64,000 bases of DNA from Octopus sinensis (taxonomy: Eukaryota): NCBI RefSeq assembly GCF_006345805.1, contig NC_042997.1, positions 119,660,001-119,724,000 on the forward strand, given 5' to 3'. The translations under genes and the position numbers were made by a program. This document shows positions 54,458 to 64,000 of the stretch, piece after piece. Position 1 is the stretch's first letter, and each line of letters starts with the position of its first letter. The notes under the pieces are model-generated. The model was given only the letters and a program-made list of their open reading frames with translations. It made no database searches and was not told the origin of the DNA.

Positions 54458-55636
54458 CTGTAAGTAAAATATTAAAAATGCTATTTTGAGTTAATAATAC
54501 TTCCGTCACAATGCATAATTTATTCAGCATAATTTAGTCACACGCATGTTATAGTGTTTCATATTACTATAACAACGTTACGGTTGTAATATTCCACCGC
54601 ATAAATTCTGATCAAATATGATTCAAAACTGAACACACTTTTTATGAAGAGGGACAGAAATCTGGCATATTTAATTTGAGGGCTGCTTGGCAAGTATTCT
54701 TAGGGATTTGAGACCAATTAAATGCCTTTGGATTGTAAAGACAAAGCCGTTTTATAACTTATGGGACTAATAATTTTGTATTGGTGCTGCTTTGTGCAAA
54801 TGTTACTTGCTGATAAGAAAATTATCATAAAAGGTCCTTAAATCATCAGAATATACTTTTATACAGAAGTAAATCACAGTTTTGCAATGGGTGAATAACT
54901 TTCACCAAAACGTTTTGACGGAAAGGGAATTTTCTGCCAAATTAATAGTCAAAATCATTGCTATTTAAAGAAGTAAGTATTTCATAAAGTTTGATATAAA
55001 CACTAGACCACGCTGGATTAAAATAAACATGATAATGCATACTTTCCACATCTTCACTAGATTTAGCTGCCAAAAATTTACCAGTGTCTAAAGTTTCTTA
55101 TTTCCTCTGAAATGCTGTAGCGTACTGCCCATGATATTTCGATTGATTAAACAACTTCCAAAAACGAAATAGCTGACTTCCAAAAAGCATATGTAAACAT
55201 GAGATATTCTGCTAGCAAAATATATATTACGTGATTGGAATGGCATTTTATGGCAATGTTTTTTTAAATGATTTATACTTCAACGAAGTAAAACTCGAAA
55301 ACTTGATGTTGCTACGTGAAGTTTTCGTCTGAATCATGAATTTAACAAAATTAAAAATTGCATTTACTGCAAGAAAACAGGAATCGAGAATTAAAATTCT
55401 CAAAATCTCTTTTATGTTTTACCGCATTAAGAAATTCTAATACAAGTTTGAGTTGACAGAAAATGTTTGGCGTACATGTATAAGTATAAGTCAGAAGGAA
55501 TCGAAGAAAAACATGAGTGAAAACTATGATAAATGTAAGAATTATATGTAGGCAACAAGACTGAATGAAAGCTGAAAGCATCAATTTATGTTGTGTGCAA
55601 TATACATATTAAATCTAATTTCCCTTAACTAGAAAT

Positions 55637-55680
<44 letters not shown>

Positions 55681-56693
55681 ACATATATATATGTATATAT
55701 ATATACATATATATAAGTTATGAATAATGGCCGTTCCATACTTTTCTTTCATTAGAGCAAATTCAGCTTGCAGCTGTTTCCTGTAATGATTATAGATAAA
55801 TTACAGTTAGGTTTATAGTTTTACACACTCGATCAACTGGAGAAAATTGAACGACCTAAAAAATGTAATACTACTTTCCTTGGAGTCATTCGTGGTTATA
55901 ACAAAGCAGAGCACAGAAGGAATGGTGACTAGATAGGACAGGGGGGATAAGATGGAAAGATGCAAGTAAACCAGAGAAAATAGGAAGATAAGAAAAGGGC
56001 ATTCACAAAACAGTGTTTGTAGACTGATCAACACACATGAACATATTACCATGTGTTTTAAGTTATTCTCTAAATCTCTGGAAATTTGATATGCGCCATT
56101 TATACACAAACACTAATGTTTTATGACTATCTTTTTCCAAAATTTTTGCCATCCTATACTATTATATTTATTAATTGAATTCTACCTCTAGCCTATCCTT
56201 AATACTCTTCATCTCTTTGTAAATGCCTTGACGAGACATTTGAAAAATACCACAAATATATTTTGTAGAACTGCACATAATTTTTCTTTCGGGAAAACGT
56301 TTCTGTCTATAGTTTTGTAAAATATGTTTTGAAATACGACAGACGACACTGAAGATTTACAGACACTTGCATCTTGTATTTTACATCTTGATTTTTCATT
56401 TTGCAAGTATTAAGAATGAAATCCTGATACGTAGGTAATATATTATATTTTATAAATTTTTATTTAAATTGCTCATTTTTTACCTTTTGGCATTTGCTGA
56501 ATTTATTTTTTGAGAACACACTCTTTGTGGTAAAGCGATAGGACATCTATTACTAGCGTATAGGATTCCACGTTAGTGGTCATTCCTCTTAATAATTGTA
56601 AGATAATTTTGAAATCTTCGATTTTTTTAAAATATGCTAGACCACTGTTTTAAATTGATATTAATTGATTGATATCAATTTCTAGCATCATTA

Positions 56694-56731
<38 letters not shown>

Positions 56732-56735
<4 letters not shown>

Positions 56736-56898
56736 GTATATTTGCGATCTAAATGTAGCTGACATATATTGGACGATGCTACTGTAGTTTATAGCCCCAG
56801 GAAGACATATCCTCCACCTGGCTAACGACACACTGTGCCCTATCAGCATTTGCTGTATTTGCAAAAGGAAAACATCGTTCCCATCCCTCAGGCTAGGG
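56732..56898 (+). mobile_element. Half copy of the 28065 foldback MITE family
   Basis: TGAAGTATATTTGCGATCTAAATGTAGCTGAC..GCCCCAGGAAGACATATCCTCCA.. Confidence 0.6.
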
Positions 56899-57019
56899 AT
56901 ACACACACACACTTACAGACACACACACACACACACACACACACCACACATACATATATATATATGTATATATATATATATAATTATATATATATATATA
57001 TATATATATAAGAATTTTT

Positions 57020-57313
57020 GGCGTAATGAGATAAAAAAACCAAGGCTGTGTAGATAGAATATTTATAGATAGAAGGTCTTGCAGCTGATTCCAGGATATT
57101 TGTTAATTATATCCCTTCATCTGAGACGGTGTGAGAGGATGATTATGTCATAGTTAGTTTAGACGTGTATTACATCTAAACTATGACTTAATCATCCTCT
57201 CACACCGGCTCTGATGAAGATATAATTAATAAATATCCTGGAAACAGCTGTAAGACCTTATATCTATAAATATTCTAATATCTACACACCCTTGTTTTTT
57301 TATCTCATTGCGC
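57020..57313. mobile_element. Inverted pseudo-LTR pair (hairpin, ~138-bp arms, 19-bp spacer) abutting (AT)n
   Basis: Left arm 57020-57157 is the reverse complement of 57177-57313; a hammerhead motif in each arm. Confidence 0.8.
57205..57257 (+). ncRNA. Minimal type I hammerhead ribozyme motif, core intact
   Basis: GGCU-CUGAUGA-A-GAUAU(AAUUAAUAA)AUAUC-CUG-GAAAC-AGCU-GUA-AGACC; palindromic stem III ACAGCUGU; predicted cleavage after 57252. Confidence 0.65.
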
Positions 57314-58869
57314 AAACATTTCTCATATACACAAACCGATATAGAACCAACGTTGAACCCCTTATTCGCAAAATTACCGAATCTGGAACTTAACTATGGT
57401 ATGTCTATAGCACTTATTCAGCACTACCTGACACCTTTTGGTCTCAATAACACCATTATATCTTATAACCTCAACTTCTCGCTATATATATATATATATA
57501 TATATACATAAATGGGTAATGGTTAATTTTACATCGATGGGTCATCGTAAGTCTGCCAAATCATTTGAGTCATTTAGAAATAAAAATAAAAGTTTCCAAA
57601 CATCTCAGTAAATTAATCTGGACTGTTGAAGATAGAAACAAAAACTATACAATCAACTGGAAATTTATTTGTACTGCAAACCATATAGACTGGAACTAAA
57701 AAATATGACATAGTTTAGAAGAAACGTTTCTAGACTTTTACATCGTAATAAACTTTAGTGGGGAACAAGCTTTGAGATTGTATTGGTTACATATAATCAG
57801 TTCAAGGTGCTGATGTGGATGCGTGTACATTATTACAAGAGTTCATACAGATGATAGAATTTAGTTGAATGAAGTAATCTACGCAAGAATTTTCAGAGAT
57901 AGAAAATGTACAGATATTTCAACGATAGCTAAATTTAGAAATACGTGATGGTTTTTCAGTCATGTGGCTTAGAGAACTAGACGGACATAGCAATGGCGTG
58001 AATGGTTATAAATCTAATCGACTAAGAAGCGAATAACAGGTTTAGCACGCTGTTTTTTATTAATTGAAAGCTAGACATTCTAGAAACATCAAGTGAATTG
58101 CTAAGCTTCTTTAACGATTAAGAAACACGTCTCATGACACAGATGCTTCGAGATACTTAGTAAAGGGATGTTACTCTATATTCTTTCTTGCAAGGGAGAT
58201 CATTCAACTATTTAGCTACGCAGACCACTAACGTAGGCTAGTGAGGCTAACGTAGGTTACGTGGTTCCATATTGGGGCCAAACATCTTTCAACGACGTCA
58301 TTTTCGGCATCCATAATTCTTTTTTTTTTTTAAGGTTGTAAATTTTTTACACAACCGTTCGCACATTTGTTTATTGCACTGTCTCTGGAGGAGGCAGTAG
58401 TTTTGTGTTGCTACCACTTTTCCTGATTAAATTACGAAAGTTAAACGGTTGCTCCATTTTTACCTCCATTTCCGTTACATTGCCACCTACAGCGGCAGAA
58501 AACCTGTGTCTTTCCTTTTCTTGTTTTTTTGTTTCACCTACATTTTCAGTGGTATTACGTTTTCCCTTTCGTTGATGCAATATTAAATTCCATCATATAC
58601 CTTTTTCTTAAATTGCCAAAAATGAATAAATGACAAATGAAATACACTACCCAGCAACGGGTAAAGAAAAAGTTCAGCAATAGTAAATTTGTTTTTCTAC
58701 AATATTTTTAAAACAGAATTTTCTTCTCCGTAGGCCGCAAATAGCATGAAGGACAACAGTTCAGTTCAAACCAAAATACACACAAAAATACGAATTCACA
58801 TAACTTTGGTAACAACAAATTACGACGCAAAAATCTGAGTCTGCAAGAGATGATAGTAGCTTGCTTCTG

Positions 58870-58941
58870 CTCACGATATATACATACATACATACATACA
58901 TACATACATACATACAACATACATACATATATACATATATA

Positions 58942-59029
<88 letters not shown>

Positions 59030-59160
59030 CAAGCGAACACAGTCACTTATTTTGCAACAAGTAAAAAATGCTAGCTCTAAAATATACATACATACCTAGC
59101 TACATACATACATACATACATACATTCATACTTACATACATACATACATAACCCCCCACA
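58870..59160. repeat. (ATAC)n/(AT)n compound microsatellite
   Basis: Direct reading. Confidence 0.9.
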
Positions 59161-59869
59161 CGCGCATACACATACACACATCAATGCATTGAACTTGAAA
59201 TTTAACTTTTATGTATCAGATTGATATCTATATAAATGCATGTGTACATATATGTGATAATGAATATATACATATATATATGTATATGTAAGTCTGTGTA
59301 TTTGTGTGTGTCTGTGTGTTTGTTTTTGTGTGTGCATGTGTATATAAATTTCATGTAACGCATTGTATATGGTGCGTATATTTGGCATTGATTTTAGAGA
59401 TAGATTGTTATAATCTGTTTCTGACTTATTTTCATTTTCGTAAATGCGATGCAACAAGGAACTTCAAATGTAAAACTGTTTGTTCATTAATAGCCTGCTA
59501 TATTGAAAACCGCGCATTTAGCATATCACCATAATATGCAAATCTATTAGATTCTAACAGTCTTCAAATGACATAACTTAGTTATGTATGTTAGCCTCCT
59601 GTGGATTTCCATATATTTCAAACAACAGAGTTCGTTTGTATAATTGAATAGATGGAATATAATGTGATTATGCTAATGGGTGTGAATCGAGTGGAATACA
59701 TCATAAAATTTTCATAATCAGAACTTAACAACTATATACGGCTTAACCAAAAACTCTCTTTAGTATATTAATACTTAGACGAACTATGAATACGCTGCGT
59801 ATAACACTGTTACAATAGATATTTAATACTACTTCATATATACACACATATACATTATTTACATTTGAC

Positions 59870-59972
59870 GAATTTTGTTAACATAACGTTTCGGCTGATA
59901 TAAGCTCCAGGATTCATCAGGTGTCTTGGGGAAATTTCAAACCTCAGTTCTCAATCCTAAGACATTTTTCGA

Positions 59973-60019
<47 letters not shown>

Positions 60020-60095
60020 TCACTGCCTGGAATCGAACTCGGAATTTTGCGGTTAGTAGCCCGCGCTCTTAACCAATATGCCATATGGCCATGGA
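59870..60095 (-). mobile_element. Composite SINE: tRNA-like head, (AAT)n, hammerhead-like tail
   Basis: A-box-like TGGCATATTGG and B-box GTTCGATTCC (60016-60090); (AAT)n; then GACAC-CTGATGA..CAGCC-GAAAC-GTT-ATGTT (59880-59925). Confidence 0.65.
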
Positions 60096-60479
60096 TGATC
60101 ATAAAGTGTTAAAAACCAACAAGATGAGGACAAACATTCGTCAAATATAAATAATATACATAATTCCTCATCTCATAAATGTAGAAATATACACAAATAT
60201 GCCTTACAATGCTCAATAGTAAAATGAAAGATATTTCGAATGTTATAACTATCAGTTACCAACGTTGTAACATTGTAGTTAGAATTTTCCAACATTCGTT
60301 GATTTTTCGCATCAATGACTGATATTTCAATTGTGTAGACACTGACAATCAAAACTTGTTGCTTCCTACTTTGCTTCATGCTTCCGATTCTGAATTTTCT
60401 ACTGCAAGGTTATCCCTTTAAGGAGAAATAGTTTTCCACTTTTCATCTTTTCTATGTCATCTATATACTTTATTAGATA

Positions 60480-60560
60480 TTAGCAGTAATACCCGTCATT
60501 GGCCGGATAATTACTGTTACCCTTTCTCGGGAGCCGCATTCAAAGTGTTATTATATATAG

Positions 60561-60562
<2 letters not shown>
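60480..60562 (+). mobile_element. Minimal (~83 bp) Helentron/DINE-1-like element
   Basis: TTAGCAGTAATACCCGTCATTGGCCGG start and TTATATATAGAT end, as in the 12588 family. Confidence 0.45.
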
Positions 60563-60622
<60 letters not shown>

Positions 60623-61149
60623 TTACAAATATAATTATTTACTCCACCTGTATGTGTGTATTTTATAAGAAAAAACATGTTATAATTATTGTAAAAGAAG
60701 AAATTTCAATTTCATACACGAACTTCTGCTTGTTTATTATATGACAATAATATATTGCAACTGTTATTTTGTATATCAATACACTAATGGCAATTATATA
60801 ACACACAGGGCGTTGGTGCTGCATATTGGGACTGAACGCCAAGGCGACATGTTTGGAAAGCAAGCTTCTGAACTGGTCAGTCACGCCTATGAAGGAGAGA
60901 TACATTCTGGATAATGAACTCCTTGATACAGTGTGCTTATCAGAAAGATGGGGTGTTTACGGCGAGAAGACTTTTGATTTTACTATTTACTCGAGCAACG
61001 CAACAACTAGTAACACTACACCATATAGAATTTGACTATCTGGTTTAATAAAATTGGGAAAATTCAAAAAAAAAAAAATTACAGAATTTTATGTTTATTG
61101 TCAAAACAAATAGATTTATAAATCTTATGTCAAACATTTATTGAAAAAT

Positions 61150-61700
61150 TTCAACATGGTTGTATCCCTGCATACTACTCATCTCTCCTCAGCGTTGTGA
61201 AACACGTTTTGAAGCATTTCAGGAGCTAAATCATGCCCTGCTAACTGAATGTGTTCTTTAAGCTCAGCTAAAGGATTGCTCCAACTTGGAGATGGAAGTA
61301 AAGAAAATAATTGCTGCCAAACTGAAAACAAAGCTGCCATGGTCAAATAAGAGGTATCCGACAGAAATTAAACTAAGATTAGAAGCTAAATTCAAAATTT
61401 AGACACTTTTAAGACATATTAAACATGATAAACATAAATAAAAGTGAGTGTTAATAAAGAGCATCTGATTTCACACAAATCACCATTCATTGCGGGACAT
61501 GCTGTATTTCCTCGTCCAACTAAACGGGGGAGGGAAAACAGGTGGGGGACTAGTTGCAGGTGGCGAGCGTAGCTTCCGGAAGTAGTCATGCGGTCAAACT
61601 GAAATGCCTGTGAACCACAACAGCAGTTTGGTTTTTGTATGGATATTTTGCATTATATAGTTCAGACAGGGATGGCATAGAGAACAAACATGCTACCGGG
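61150..61700 (-). pseudogene. Internally deleted DD41D/rosa-like transposase remnant
   Basis: KNQTAVVVHRHF (N-terminal-like, ~61600-61635) and PLAELKEHIQLAGHDLAPEMLQNVFHNAEER*VVC (C-terminal-like, ~61170-61280); TIRs not found. Confidence 0.45.
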
Positions 61701-62089
61701 CTATGCTGCGTTGCACATGATTGGAAACGTGAAACACCAACAGGGCACTTCTGGAGAATGGAAGAATGGGTTTGTTGCGCCTTTATCCAGCCGCACACAC
61801 ATGCACATGGCCCGGCGGTGCGCGGGATAATAACATGAAGCATCAAAACGGCGCGACAAAAAAGTTTAATATTCACATTCCCTCTACCAAATTGGAAAGA
61901 AACGTTTACATGAAATATTACAGGCTACTTATGATACATAAGTAGTGTCAATATTTTATCATCGGAATATGGTTTAAAACAAAGATAAAAACCAATACAA
62001 TATACTCAAATCGTATTAATCTGAAAATTTGGTAAGCCCATAGCCGCAGTCGGATATTTGTTTTAGCCAACAACAATTTCAGGTGTCTA

Positions 62090-62356
62090 ATTAATTTATG
62101 TTGCAAATTTGGAAGAAAGTGTCTGGATACTCTTAAAGCTACGGGTCTCAACGCTGCGGAAATTCTTTAAGAAATGTGGTTTATCTGCCGCTGTGCCCGT
62201 ATTCGGCAAGACGTTGAAAGTGTTTTTGACCCATGATAATCCATGGACCCTATGTAATGCATGTGTAAAATTTCATTCAAATCAGTTGGGTGGATATCGA
62301 GTTTTAATGAGATGACAAATACACAGACACACATCCGATGTTTTATATATATAGAT
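62090..62356 (+). mobile_element. Helentron/DINE-1-like element 3' part
   Basis: CATGGACCCTATGTAATGCATGTGTAAAATTTCATTCAAATC..CACAGACACACATCCGATGTTTTATATATATAGAT, like 21440-21805. Confidence 0.6.
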
Positions 62357-63200
62357 TTTCCTTTACTTTCGCTTTTCTGTGTGTGTTAATTTTGATGTAT
62401 ATCTTTCGACATGAACAATGGATATATATATATGCTTTACGTTGTACGCCACCATTTTGCAGAGCGAGAGACAGACAGACAGACAGAGACAGACAGAGGG
62501 GGCACAGAGAGAGAGAGAGAGTGTGTGTTGCTGTTCCGTGCTGTTTGAGGAGGGTTTTTTTAAATCAATTTCCATTTAGTCTCTGACGGTTTAACCTAGA
62601 GGAGCAACAATGCTTATTGTAGGGTGCATATTTACGTCTTTGCTTGCACTTTAAAATGTGTGTTATGACAGATTATGACCTGAAATAATTATAGATGTTA
62701 CATGCGCTGAGACTCTGTGAATGTAGTGTAACGTAATTAAACATGACCGACTTTCTCGAAAGCGTAAACTTTAAATAAAGTACAAATATTGATTATGCTT
62801 TCTGCGCTCCTTTTCGTCACATCGTGCAAAACCACATATATAGCCTCGCCGAAATATGGAGCTCGTTGTCGAATTCCAACGAAACTAAAAACAACCAAGC
62901 AAAAACCTTTCGTTGATGATTCAAACATAGTACCCTTCACTTCATATTTACATATTTTCATATGTATATATCGGATATGCAAATACTTTTAAAATAACTC
63001 TGATCGAGCTCTGCATAGTTACTGACTGTCTTGGCAGGGCATAGAGCCCGTTCGGTCAATCTGAAGGTAGACGGCGAGGCCATGAAACTGCAGCATAGCC
63101 GATTGGAAAGAGATCGCTGAAGAGCTCAACTGGGTCAACACTGTCCCTTACATTCATAGTGAGCAGATGAATCCTAGATCAACGATCACGATTACGAATG

Positions 63201-63586
63201 TGTGGTAAGTAGCTTGCTAACCAACCACATGGTTCCGGGTTCAGTCCCACTGCGTGGCATCTTGGGCAAGTGTCTTCTGCTATAGCCCCGGGCCGACCAA
63301 TGCCTTGTGAGTGGATTTGGTAGACGGAAACTGAAAGAAGCCTGTCGTATATATGTATATATATATGTATGTGTGTGTGTGTTTGTGTTTGTCCCCCTAG
63401 GATTGCTTGACCACCGATGCTGGTGTGTTTACGTCCCCGTCACTTAGCGGTTCGGCAAAAGAGACCGATAGAATAAGTACTGGGCTTACAAAGAATAAGT
63501 TCCGGGGTCCATTTGCTCGACTAAAGGTGGTGCTCCAGCATGGCCGTAGTCAAATGACTGAAACAAGTAAAAGAGTAAAAGAGAGA
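63201..63586 (+). mobile_element. tRNA-headed SINE (family A), near full length
   Basis: TGTGGTAAGTAGCTTGCT..GGTTCAGTCCCACTGCG..TTGGGCAAGTGTC..internal (TA)(TG)..AGTAAAAGAGTAAAAGAG tail. Confidence 0.9.
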
Positions 63587-63747
63587 GTATACTAAATGAT
63601 TCACTATAACTCAGGCTCCCAATTCAAATTCACAATACAGGATTTGGACGATGACTAAGTCATGGAAATGTGCGAAAGCAGAGGATGCACACACACCCTC
63701 ACACACATACGCGCACACACAAACCGACCCTCCACACATATAGATAC

Positions 63748-63807
<60 letters not shown>

Positions 63808-63829
63808 TTTGCCACTACACACATTTCTT

Positions 63830-63992
63830 CTCTCCTTGTTTCACTCCTTGTTTTTTCTGTGCCTCTATGTGTAGAAGAGCGTAGGCTCGAAACGTACAAG
63901 ACTTTTTCTATTCGTGAGCGTTATACTAATACATCTGTTTGTTTTGTATACCACCTGTCTTCGTCTTTCGTTTTTTTTCGTAAACTCTCCAT
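63830..63992 (+). mobile_element. Short repeat with partial hammerhead (GAGC-GTAG-GCTC-GAAAC-GTA), between (AT)n tracts
   Basis: Stem II, GAAAC and GUA present, CUGANGA degenerate; tail homologous to 12130-12215 (-). Confidence 0.5.
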
Positions 63993-64000
63993 ATATATAT

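Noticed and set aside
60016-60090. Possible tRNA gene
   Set aside because: Has A and B boxes but no acceptor stem pairing; it is a SINE head, as are the other tRNA-like segments.
63110-63150. CTGAAGAGCTC..GGGTC hammerhead-like start
   Set aside because: GAAA core missing and no stem I complementarity.

Overview
AT-rich, microsatellite-dense animal genomic DNA. It is most likely an octopus or other coleoid cephalopod intron or intergenic region (inferred from the (AT)n/(TAA)n density and my recollection of the SINE families). I could not confidently identify a host protein-coding gene, rRNA, tRNA or CRISPR array. Nearly all recognisable coding sequence is decayed transposon: a CR1-like LINE, several R4/Dong-like LINE fragments, an RTE LINE, two Penelope-like elements (RT plus C-terminal GIY-YIG), an apparently ORF1(gag)-only retroelement, two mariners and two DD41D/rosa-type Tc1/mariner elements (one nested in a mariner). 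Non-coding repeats include several tRNA-headed SINE families, Helentron/DINE-1-like non-autonomous elements and foldback MITEs. The most interesting signal is a set of minimal type I hammerhead ribozyme motifs from at least four sequence families. Most sit in short non-coding elements abutting (AT)n arrays, and two of these elements are inverted pairs in which only the plus-strand copy keeps the catalytic core. R4/Dong-like pieces instead cluster at (TAA)n arrays. A few minus-strand exon-like segments may belong to a long-intron host gene, but this is low confidence. Most ORFs in the supplied track are microsatellite artefacts.
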